The translations under genes and the position numbers were made by a program. Of a stretch of DNA of 47,805 nucleotides, positions 12,058 through 22,380 are shown piece after piece (positions within the stretch are counted from its first letter, which is position 1; every line of letters starts with the position of its first letter). Source of the stretch: Asterionella formosa. Lineage: Eukaryota. The notes below the pieces were generated by a model. The model was not told the origin of the DNA. It ran no database searches and saw only the letters and a program-made list of their open reading frames with translations. Where the stretch lies: NCBI GenBank assembly GCA_002256025.1, contig NKIB01014093.1, positions 1 to 47,805 of the forward strand. Reading direction: 5' to 3'.

Positions 12058-12285
12058 TGAAGAAACGGTTTCAATTGCCTTGGGAACAAATAGTCAAGTG
12101 CAATAATAACATATAGGCCATAAAATCAAGAGGATTTCAAAAGTGTCCAGATTATCATGAATATTAAGACATAGATTGATGGTCGCCAATATGTTGAAAG
12201 TCATGCTCTTACTAGCTTTAAAAGATGCATTCACATGTTGATTAAGAAAATATCAACTTTTCTAGAGATCATCACAAATATCTAG

Positions 12286-14608
12286 TTAGTACCCAACCGT
12301 GCGAAGGCAATCCATAAAATCAACCACATCAACACCTTCGCCATTAGCACTATTCGTTCCTTGACGAGCCATTTCAGCTACCATAAGAAGTTGCTTGATG
12401 CCGATTGGCTGGGTGATGGTAGTCGCGATCTCGTCAGCATCAGGACCTGACATTTTGGCTGCATGTCTCAGCACTTCAGAGATTTGGTCAGGCGTTTCCA
12501 ACAACGGTACATCCAGGGTCACTCCAAACGCTTGTGTCAACCCAAGGTCAGCCAAGAGTTCAGGACAGGATGTTGTTCCAATCACCAACAAGCGACGGCC
12601 CTCATCGGGAGGGATCTTCTTCAGCAATACAAGCAAAGTCTGTAAGACAGTATTTGAGAAACGGGGCCCAATTGGAACATATTCAATAATACGTTCAATA
12701 TCATCAATAAGAATCAAGGAAAGAGGCGACTTGTAAGAATCCATGAAAGCTTTATGTATGGTTGTACATTTCGCCATTTCAGAGTGACCAATCATTTCGT
12801 CAGCACTGATCATTCTGATAAATGGGAAATCCGACTCCACCGCAGCTTTAGCAGCAAGCGCTGTCTTTCCGGAGCTGGGAGGACCCTTGAGCAACACACT
12901 CATCAAAGGTGTCTTGGCAGAGGAGCGCACTGAAAAAATCACAGATAGTTAACAACGTGTCAGGTGGGAAGAATACCCCGAATCCATTGCGGAGACTAAG
13001 AATAATACACTTACCTTGTTCCACAAGTCTAACCATTGTTGTCATAAGATTGTCAAACCCGTCATCATAGGGCACAATTCCATTGCGATACAATGCCCTC
13101 AATTCCTGTGGCTTGGCACCAAATTTGGGCTCCACATCGCCCAACGCCTTTTGAAAATCAGCCCACTGTAGGATCAACGCCTTATCATCTGGAGCTTTGG
13201 ATAAATCGTTTAAGTCCACACATCTGGTCAAGGCATAACTCGATGCTGCCTTGACCAACCCTTCCAATTCAGCACCCGAAAAATTCTTACAGCTTTCGGC
13301 CAGTTCAGGGAGGCGGTCGATGACTTCCTTCTCCAAGCGTTTGTGCTCGTACATATTCTTGGTATGAATGTTGAGAATCTGAATGCGACCCTTCAGATCC
13401 GGCAATCCAATTTCCACGTGTACTTCCAAACGCCCGGGACGAAGGAGGGCATCATCGATCATATCCTTTCTGTTGGTCATTCCAATGAGCAATATATTGT
13501 TGAGCGAATCAACACCGTCAATCTTACTCAACAATTGGTTGACGACACTGTCCGACACCCCCGTTCCATCTTTGATACTTCCACGCTGCTTACAAATTGC
13601 ATCCATCTCGTCCATGATCACGATATGCAACATAGATTGATCTCCTTGTTCCGCTTGCTCTTTTTCAGCGTCGTAAAAGAGTTCACGAATTTTTTCTTCC
13701 GATCCACCTACAAATTTGTTGAGAATTTCAGGTCCATTGACAATCTTGGGCTCTCTGGCATTCAATACTTTACCAATCTGTCTTGCAATCAATGTTTTTC
13801 CACACCCGGGTGGACCATATAAGAGCATGCCACGAACGTGATTGATCCCCATTTGTTGAATAATATGTGCTGGCCAGATCCGAGACGCAAAGGCACGCCT
13901 AAATATTTGGTTGAATTCCGCATCTAATCCTCCAATTCCTAATTTTTCAAAATCAAAGTCGCTCAAGAATATGTTATTGGCAGTTTGAGCTCCTGCCACC
14001 TTTCCTCCTTTCAATACCAATCCATTGGCGTTTTCAGCCCGAGAAAAGATCAATACTGTAGGAGACAGCAACTGCCCTTGACCAGCATATTCGCTTCCAT
14101 TTTGTTCCAATTCCATGTTTCCTAACGATTTGATCGTCAACTCAAGCTTGGTCCCTTCAAAGTCCATGGCTATGACCCGCCCCACTTCCATGGGTTGATA
14201 TTCATAGTTCGTCAAAACATCTGCTGATAGTCGCTCGCTGTCCACCTCTCGAGGTTTCCCCTTTGTGTTTGCAGCCTTCTTGGCCAAGAAATCCACCGTA
14301 AATTCCAACGAGGCCAGACAAAAGTTAGGTGGCGCCGAAAAGGCTTTGACTTCGACGGGAGCTCCCAGACTGAGTTGAAGGAACCGACGCTGCAATCCAT
14401 TCATGGCAATCTGACCATCTTGAACTTCGGCGTGTTTTTCACAAGTGTAGGGATGAGAGCGTGCAATGCGTATGAGCAGTCCTCCTTCGGGAGGATCAGC
14501 ACCACCTAGCAATGCGTGGAAGGTGTTGGCCGAGACGTAGACCTTGTTGGTCAACGCCAAGCGATTGGAAGGCAGATTTGCTACTGCAAGGATCGTAGGA
14601 GAGGACAT
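12286..14608 (-). CDS. NSF: N-ethylmaleimide-sensitive fusion protein (vesicle-fusing ATPase), about 745 aa; intron 12930-13014
   Basis: GIGGLDAEFNQIFRRAFASR, D1 Walker A GPPGCGKT, DEMDAICKQRG, D2 GPPSSGKTALAA, DDIER, GPRFSN. The GT-AG intron joins EQ-VRSS. Confidence 0.96.
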
Positions 14609-15678
14609 GGGGGCTGGTGGAAGTATCTCTGTTAAATAATAGATGGCAACGATTCGATCGTGCACTCCGTGTTTTTCTGTTTGTTGTTTGGATTATTAAT
14701 TGTTTTTTACTGTTGTTGCTTGTGCTCGTCGTGGTACCAGGTACGTATATGTACTTGTGCTATTACCCCGGTATCCTCCTCGTCGGCGCTTTTTAGTCGT
14801 CCCCATTTGTTTGCTCTCGGGTGTGTATACATTGAGCATCAGGTGCCTGGTACCCGGTACTTGGTACCAGGTACCCTGTTACAAGACTAACAATGCATGT
14901 ACCGGTATGTATGAAAGAATGGATGATGTCGATGAGGATGCATACAGGTAAATCATGCAGGCAACACATTAGCCGCATTTGAGTCCCCCCCAAGTCTTGC
15001 TTGTACATGTTGAGAGGATTCGACTACCGTATCATGCTACATATTTGGTAAAACACCTATGACCATTTTGATACCTTTCTTGGAGCTGACGAATAAAACC
15101 TCAACCCATGCTGCCAGCAATATGAAGAGCGAGTGGTTTTGACGAGTGCCACTGGTGTACGGTTGTGTATAATACAAAGTGTAGATAATCAAAATTATTC
15201 CCTGGTACCATGTGCTCTCCATAAATTCTCAAGACGGTTTCACTATTTGTGTTGTAGAAAGTTCTTCATACCAAATATATTTCACGCATCACTGAGCATG
15301 AATATTGGTCCTGAGCCTACAGGCGAGTTGGTAAATGCAATGCACGTTCTTCGGAGAAATAAAATTATTTTGAATATGTATGGCAATCACATATGGAGTA
15401 TGTGAAATGTCTCTGCATTGATCAATGTTTTCTTGAGGGCCAACGACCCAAGAGAAGCACGTCCTTCCTTTCGTGGATTATTTACCTGTAAGCATATCCA
15501 TCACCTTGTAACAATCTCTTTGCTCGGTCGAGACTTCAGGCCGATGTAGTCTCGAGCATGGGTGATGTTGAGGTCGATGTGGTAATATGGTGCGATTTGA
15601 AAAAAAGGCTAAATCAACAGATTTGTGTCTTCATCTTGTTGTATCTATATAGCCTGCTGAGTTTACTTTAGTTATACT

Positions 15679-16545
15679 TTAGCACATTTTGATAGCCTTA
15701 CCCTGAATGATACTAAAAAACTCTGCCCTCGTCTTTGAGTTTGACTCAAAGCATCCTCGCACACTGGATGTGACTGTCGAAGCTCCCACCTTTTGCACCC
15801 CTCTCATCACCATGCAAAAGTGAACACACTCTACAACCACGGCCACACCCAACGGATTGACCGCTTCCACAATGGCGTCTGCAATTTGCCGAGTCAAACG
15901 TTCTTGGACTTGCAATCGACGAGCAAACATGTCGGCAATCCGAGCAAGTTTGGAAAGTCCCAAAATCTTTCCATTAGGAATGTACCCAATGTGCACACGT
16001 CCAGTAAAAGGCACCATGTGATGTTCGCAGAGTGAGTGAATGTCAATGTCACGAACTACCACCATTTCATCGTGGTTTTCAGAAAAGACGGCTCCATTCG
16101 TAACTTCTTGACACGTTTGATTGTATCCCCGGGTAAAGAATAAGAGGGCCTTCGCCCATCGAGTGGGAGTTTGGATCAACCCTTCCCGAGATGGGTCTTC
16201 CCCGATGCATTCCAGAATCGTTTGACAGGCGGCCTGCATCTTGACCAATTTGGCGTCAGTCGCTTCTTGGGAGGCCTTGGCTTTTTTGGCATGCATAATG
16301 GCAGTTTCGTCTGATGCGTCGGTTATCGAAGCAGACCGACGTTTTCCAGTTTGCCGACTGAGCAGGCGCTGACGCGTGACTTCGCAGGTTTCGCAGATGC
16401 ACACTTTCCCAGACGAAGCTCTGCAAGTCACGGTATCGTTATTGCTGCTGCTGTCTTCCTGCTTGGCTGTGGAATCTGATTCAAGAGTTTCGATTTCTGC
16501 TTGTTCAGCCATGACAACTTTGTCGAAGTGGGGCGGCATGCTCAT
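15679..16545 (-). CDS. GCH1: GTP cyclohydrolase I
   Basis: [60 protein letters not shown]. Confidence 0.97.
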   Translation of the reverse strand: MSMPPHFDKVVMAEQAEIETLESDSTAKQEDSSSNNDTVTCRASSGKVCICETCEVTRQRLLSRQTGKRRSASITDASDETAIMHAKKAKASQEATDAKLVKMQAACQTILECIGEDPSREGLIQTPTRWAKALLFFTRGYNQTCQEVTNGAVFSENHDEMVVVRDIDIHSLCEHHMVPFTGRVHIGYIPNGKILGLSKLARIADMFARRLQVQERLTRQIADAIVEAVNPLGVAVVVECVHFCMVMRGVQKVGASTVTSSVRGCFESNSKTRAEFFSIIQGKAIKMC

Positions 16546-17541
16546 TCAAATGGTGATTCAAAAGGAGTGAAGGGAACCAACAATGAGGTTTCAGTGCTAA
16601 ATATGTGCTTTTCTCGAGTATTACCGGTATTCAATATGGAGGAGGCGTTGATGTACCAGGTATGTGTAGTCATTTGATATACCGGTTTTTCTTACATAGA
16701 TCGGGTGCTACAGGACGAGGATCATGACGTGATTCGGATGTCATCGTCCACACTACCGGTATCGGTATGCATGTCGTATCAGCCACACGTTCTTAAAAAA
16801 AGTTAAGGACCCATAATTGAAACATTTAGCTCAGGTTTTTCCGAAGTAAAAACCACCATTCACTACTGGAATTTGTGATGAAGGACGTGCTACAACAGGG
16901 GCGGATTTCCTTCTGTTTTTATGCATTTGCGTACAGTAGCTATCTGTATGTACTACTGTACGTCTCGAGACTCACATGTGCATGGTCTCGTACACTTCGC
17001 TCTCTTCATGAACGTTGGGGGGGGGGGTTGATCGTACCAGAACAGCCAGACACAGAAACAACCTGTGTAACATGGTACTAGTACCCTGGTACCGGTATGG
17101 TACTGCTGGTACTGGTAGTACCGGTAATTGGGACAAGAAGTGGGAAGCCTTCGTTTCCGCCTAGCGAAGATTCAACTTATCATGTATCCACGATGTCGAG
17201 ATTCATTTATCATAACGGGGACACTTGGCTGGTGCTCATCAAAGTGCGTGAGCTTGCTCGTCGCATCCTGGTAGTTATAAAGTCGAATGAGTTGGCTTTG
17301 GGTGTATCAAACCTCCCATCAACAAAACGAAATACTCTGCATGGTATGAGGCAGATGAGATTGATTGTACATGGTTATAAACTTATATGTCTGATCAATG
17401 GATGTGAGAGACATGGTTCTATCCATGAATGAATGAATGATCTGGCAAATGAAAACAATATGTGGAGATAAGCTCATTTGATTACTCAGATAGACCAAAC
17501 ATGAAACTAGCTTAGTAACTCACAATAAGAATACAGCAACC

Positions 17542-17775
17542 AGGGAATGGATTTATTGTAAGCACGCCTTCTGAGATGGTGGGTTTGGTTCCTGCATTTG
17601 CCATCTGCCTTTTTCATGTAGTCCCTAGGGTTCCAGGGGGTGCAGCTGACGAAAATACAGGTCCCATTGTACTGTACAGACAAATAAAACTGGTGAAACT
17701 GGTACTAATTGTGTCCATTACTTGGGCCTGAGTGCAATTATTAGATAGCTTTAATGTACTAGAAAATTTTATTGA
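17542..17775 (+). mobile_element. Degenerate copy of the tRNA-derived SINE-like repeat (homologous to 37010-37251)
   Basis: Aligns over its length to the reverse complement of about 37018-37251, with a 34-nt identical block 17609-17642 = rc(37151-37184). B-box-like GGTTTGGTTCC; no clear TSD. Confidence 0.8.
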
Positions 17776-18554
17776 AATTTACCCAACTAGCAATAGTGTG
17801 GTCTAAAAGCACATAATATGTGAGGTTAAATTTTCACCAATGAAAGAGAAATTAATGCCTCTGACTATAGCCTTCCTTGTCTAATAAAAGATCTACACAC
17901 AGGAAATACTTTAACAATGTGCTTCCTCAGCTATTTTTACCAATTAATAATATTCTGTTATATAGCCCATTCATACTTGCTTGCATCTAGGTATGGGTTT
18001 ATTGTTGTGCTTATTCCTACAAAATATACAGTTTAACAACTTCAAATTGTTCTGCAGCTTTAAGTAGACCTGCTGGATAGTCAAATAGAAGAAAATGTTG
18101 TCATAAGTACATGGGTGTCAACTACCTTGACTATTTCATCAGCTCAATCTCACTCATTCCTTGAATTTACATTTCTGGTTGGAACAAAAACCAACTTATA
18201 CAGAATGTACTAAACCCAACTAATCAAATCTAGACACCCTACTGCCGATGTTTCTATTTTGGATGAGAGCTGTAGAAACATATTAAGAAAGATGATAAAT
18301 ATAGTGGTGGTAACACTTGTGGAACTTACTGCACTTGCCTGAAATTTTCAATGTTGTTCATGGATCCAACTTGTTTGAACTTCAAGTCGATGCAAACCTA
18401 TATTGTACAGATGCATGCGACAGAGTGGGCGACAGTGCTTATCCAATCTCTCAAGAATGCCCGTTTTAAGGTCGGAAAGTCGAGCGAGAGTTCCATCATG
18501 CCGACATGAGATTTTTCATTTTCCCTTTTGTTCTTTGATAAGTTTTACATGCGT

Positions 18555-20027
18555 TCATGTCCGCCTTCGTTTTGTAGTCGGTTTTTCGTCCTCGTCGTCA
18601 CTATTATCATCATCTTCATCACTGCTATCATCGCTCTCTCCACTCTCGTTGTGCTCAATGTTGTCATCATCATCATTGTTGTCATCATTTTCGTCGTCGT
18701 CGTCATCGTCATCATTGTTGGCATCATTTTCGTCGTCATCGTCATCATCGTCTTCATCGTCATCACTACCATTTGTTCCAGTAACCGTACTACTCTTTTC
18801 CAGTTCCTTCGCATTGCTCCTCTCTTCATTGTCCGAGTCGACATAATCTTCAACATCATCCTCAACATCCAAATCTTGATCTTCCACCCAAGGTCCGTCT
18901 TGTCCAAATAAGACACAATTTAGTCGTTGCTTCAGATAGACACAGTCCAATTGCTTCTTCGAAGTACAATCGAAGAGACGCAACATCCTGTCCAATCCAA
19001 CACAAGCCAAGACATTGGACGACGGATGCTTCTTTAATTGGCGAATAGACCCACAAGGCCCAACAAAGCGTCCCCAGGCTTTGTCGGCGCCTTTCTTCTT
19101 CTTTCCCAGGTTACGTAAATCAAATGAATGGAGGTATCCAGCCGCATCAGCAACGGCCATAGTATGGTCATTGGTGCTACACAATGCGGTGACCCGATGT
19201 TCCAAAGACGCATGGTTGTCGGGTGTGTACAAGACGGGCCGACGAGAGGTCCGGGCATCGTAGATTCGCACTTGATGATAGGCCGTGCCAGCTGCTAACA
19301 GGTTGCTGTCATAAAACAATAGGGCCGTGGTCCAAACAGGTTGTTGGAGCAAGGTTTGTGGATCCGGTGGTAGATTCTTAGCCTTCCACACGGATTTCCC
19401 CGTTTCCATGTCCACAAATTGAGTCTCGCGTTCCCGGCCACTGACGGCGACTCGGTTTTGAAGATAGTCGGCATCCATGGCTGTGCACAAGTCCTTGTTG
19501 GTATATTGTCCCTTGGTGTACGATAGGGCCGTCGATGATGTGTTTATAGTGGCATAGGAGGCAACAACGTCTTTGGATTTCGGATTGACAATTGAGAGGC
19601 GTCCAATAGAGTCAACAGCCGCAATGCGGTTTTGCTGTGAAAAATGTCTAAGCGCTACTGGTCGATGAGGTAGCTGTGGTGGTGGCGGGTCGCCTTTGTC
19701 GTTGGCAAAGACTTCTCCGATTGTGTCGACGCAGCGATATCTTCCAAACGTTCGTTCCTTCACTTCCATGTTTTCCCAAACTTGAATCTCGCCCGTCACT
19801 CGCAGGGCGGCGAACTTTGAATCATCGCCATTCAACCAACACATGTCTACAACACCCCGGCTTCGTGCTTGCGGTTCACTAGGCGCGATTCGAGAGACTC
19901 CTTCGGTAGTGACTGGAAAGGCTTCTTGTTGCGTTGCTCCTCGAAATTCATCTGGACGCTTGGGCCGGCCCAGTTCGGGGATGGATTCCTTGAGCAAGCC
20001 ACATTCGTCGCCAGTTAGGAGTCTCAT
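18555..20027 (-). CDS. WDR74: WD-repeat ribosome biogenesis factor WDR74/Nsa1
   Basis: N-terminal LTGDECGLLK, VWKAKNLPPD.L.L.QPVW, VRIYD....RRPV, G..GSIR, GLDR.LR.FD..VYLKQRLNCVL. Acidic tail plus basic NLS KRRRT. Confidence 0.9.
   Translation of the reverse strand: MRLLTGDECGLLKESIPELGRPKRPDEFRGATQQEAFPVTTEGVSRIAPSEPQARSRGVVDMCWLNGDDSKFAALRVTGEIQVWENMEVKERTFGRYRCVDTIGEVFANDKGDPPPPQLPHRPVALRHFSQQNRIAAVDSIGRLSIVNPKSKDVVASYATINTSSTALSYTKGQYTNKDLCTAMDADYLQNRVAVSGRERETQFVDMETGKSVWKAKNLPPDPQTLLQQPVWTTALLFYDSNLLAAGTAYHQVRIYDARTSRRPVLYTPDNHASLEHRVTALCSTNDHTMAVADAAGYLHSFDLRNLGKKKKGADKAWGRFVGPCGSIRQLKKHPSSNVLACVGLDRMLRLFDCTSKKQLDCVYLKQRLNCVLFGQDGPWVEDQDLDVEDDVEDYVDSDNEERSNAKELEKSSTVTGTNGSDDDEDDDDDDDENDANNDDDDDDDENDDNNDDDDNIEHNESGESDDSSDEDDDNSDDEDEKPTTKRRRT
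18585..18770. repeat. Coding low-complexity (TCA/TCG)n tract encoding the Asp/Asn-rich tail of WDR74
   Basis: Imperfect trinucleotide repeats; explains the spurious poly-S/M/I ORFs in other frames. Confidence 0.9.
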
Positions 20028-20554
20028 GTTGGCTGTGATGAATAATTATAAACCGGTGTATACATATACAATGTACTGGTAGTGTTGTTCTCTGAGGTCT
20101 TTGTTTTCTTGTAGCTGGATTCTTTCAGGACGTGAGCGAGGAGGAATTGACAGTCGACAGAGTGTACCGCCGGCAGCTAAATAATACAAACAGCACGCAC
20201 ACCTTCTTACTATATGTTGAATGGTCTGTATGTCATCGTCTGTCCTCTACCGGCGGCGTCGCCCAGCGGACATCATTCTTGATGCGCTTGTATCGTGGGT
20301 TCACCACAGCCAATCAAACATTTTATAAGAACGACCACCAAGAATGAACCACCACTGATTGTGTTGATGGATAGCATACCGGTAAGCAAGACATACATAG
20401 TTATACATCACAATACATACTTTGGCTCACACCGATTACCGAACCAACACCAGTATCTTATCTACCAACTATTTAAAATACAGAGCAAGAAACAAAGCAA
20501 AGGTCTAATTATATATACAGGTAGTCAAGGCAACGTTGCCCCCCTTTACCAGCA

Positions 20555-22168
20555 ATGATGGCATCATCTGCTCAAACGGCGCAACAAATCAAGACGCTAC
20601 TGAAGCCTGTCAAGGAGGAAAAGTCCGATGCTGCACGATTAGATGAACTTCGACGATTGTTCGGTCACTTGTTACTAAAAGGAGAGTTTACACTTGCTGG
20701 CATTGATTGTAGTGCAGGAGGCGCTGCCGGACAAAAATGGCGGGCATTTTTACTCAAAAGCTTTCACACCACCGTGATGCAACTGCAGCAAGCTATTGAA
20801 CGCGATGGCCGCAAATCAGCAGTCCGAACGCTATTTGGAGTGGTGGCGGCTTGTCCTGTGAATGGTCCTGTGCCCTATTTGAATGTAGCTTTGTTGGAAC
20901 AGTGGTTATCCTCCTTGTCAAAAGTGCAAGACTTGGAGGATAAGGCCTTGCGCACCATGGTGCAAGGAGAGTTTCTGCAATCCTACAGTGATGTGCAGTA
21001 TTATGCATGGGTCGCTATTGCAAAGATAGCCAAGGAACGATACCAAAATAAGTCCTCAAATGGAGCAGACAATGAACGCCTCTTTCAACTGCTCCTTATG
21101 ATTCCGATTCCAACCAATCAGAAAAATTTAGACAATGGATCCTACATGTTTACTCCACCAAAAGATTCACTCATCGTTGACGATGACGATGAGGACGAAG
21201 ATGATTCGGGGACAGAGGACGATCCTGATCACAACAGCAGCGACGACGAATCTAGCGAGAGCGAAGAAGAAGAAGAGGAAAAGACTCCATCTCGAAAGCG
21301 CAAGCGCACATCGTCAAAGCCCCGTACTTTTGCCTTTGAACAGCTCAAGGCGCATCGCAAGGCACTCTCCAACGCTTGGTTAAACATCTTGAAGTTGGAC
21401 CTCCCCACTTCTGCTTTGAAACAAGCCCTCATTGTTTTGCCTCAAGTACTTCCTCAAGTACCAGAAGCACTTCGGTTCTCGGATTTCCTCATGCAGGCAT
21501 TCAATAACCGAGGCGTTTTGCCTATTTTGGCCTTGGATGGACTATTCATACTCATGATGCAACACAATCTTGACTACCCTGCATTTTACTCAGTACTTTA
21601 TTCTCTCATTCAGCCATCGCTATTATACGTCAAGTACCGTACACGCTTTTTTGAGCTTCTTACCAAATGTCTCATTCATAATCAAATGCTCCCATCTCAC
21701 ATTGTTGCCGCCTTTTGTAAGCGACTTTTGAGAATCAGTCTTTCTGCACCACCACCATCGATTCTCTTTTGTTTGGCCCTAACCGGCAATCTGCTTCGAA
21801 AACACCCTGAATGTGCTTGTTTGATTCATAGAGACACAGCCTTGGAGGATGCCTTTGATGCTGAAACAAATGATCCGACGAAGTCGCGGGCCTTGGAATC
21901 CAGTCTGTGGGAACTTAATGCCTTGGCGCATCACTATTATCCTGCTGTCACCACCCTGGCAAAATCGATTGGCACTGAAACGGTCACAACACCAATGCAT
22001 GATCTGCCAGACTTTTTGGCGCATACATACAAGTCACTCTTTGATCAAGAAAGAAAGCAATCGCGCAAGAAAGTGGCATTGACTTTCCATGAACCCGTTG
22101 CATTATTTGGAGAACAGGATGTCTTGACTGGCATTGTGAGGGTGCCGACAACCACTAATACGAGCTAA
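20555..22168 (+). CDS. NOC4: Nucleolar complex protein 4 (CBF/Mak21 family)
   Basis: LALDGLFILM..HNLDYP.FY..LY.L, YRTRFF.LL...L, LPSHIVAAF.KRL.R.SL.APP, NLLRKHP.C, ALESSLWEL..L.HHYYP. Confidence 0.93.
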   Translation: MMASSAQTAQQIKTLLKPVKEEKSDAARLDELRRLFGHLLLKGEFTLAGIDCSAGGAAGQKWRAFLLKSFHTTVMQLQQAIERDGRKSAVRTLFGVVAACPVNGPVPYLNVALLEQWLSSLSKVQDLEDKALRTMVQGEFLQSYSDVQYYAWVAIAKIAKERYQNKSSNGADNERLFQLLLMIPIPTNQKNLDNGSYMFTPPKDSLIVDDDDEDEDDSGTEDDPDHNSSDDESSESEEEEEEKTPSRKRKRTSSKPRTFAFEQLKAHRKALSNAWLNILKLDLPTSALKQALIVLPQVLPQVPEALRFSDFLMQAFNNRGVLPILALDGLFILMMQHNLDYPAFYSVLYSLIQPSLLYVKYRTRFFELLTKCLIHNQMLPSHIVAAFCKRLLRISLSAPPPSILFCLALTGNLLRKHPECACLIHRDTALEDAFDAETNDPTKSRALESSLWELNALAHHYYPAVTTLAKSIGTETVTTPMHDLPDFLAHTYKSLFDQERKQSRKKVALTFHEPVALFGEQDVLTGIVRVPTTTNTS

Positions 22169-22380
22169 TGCTAATGACGCATTGGCAGTATAAACGCCTT
22201 TTATTCAGCAGGAAAATGACCACGAGCAGATCCACCACTTGTCGCGATGACTAATAATGTGATTACTCTAGTAGTACCGTCCTAGGTTCTACTGTTTGTT
22301 CACCTCATGTACTTTATTTGTATTATAGCTGCTACTCGTTGTGATCGTACAGGATTCCCCTAGCTTCCGACCATTCTAAA

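Noticed and set aside
18403..18916. Poly-Ser, poly-Ile/Val and poly-Met/Thr ORFs
   Set aside because: Alternative frames of the Asp-rich trinucleotide tract of WDR74
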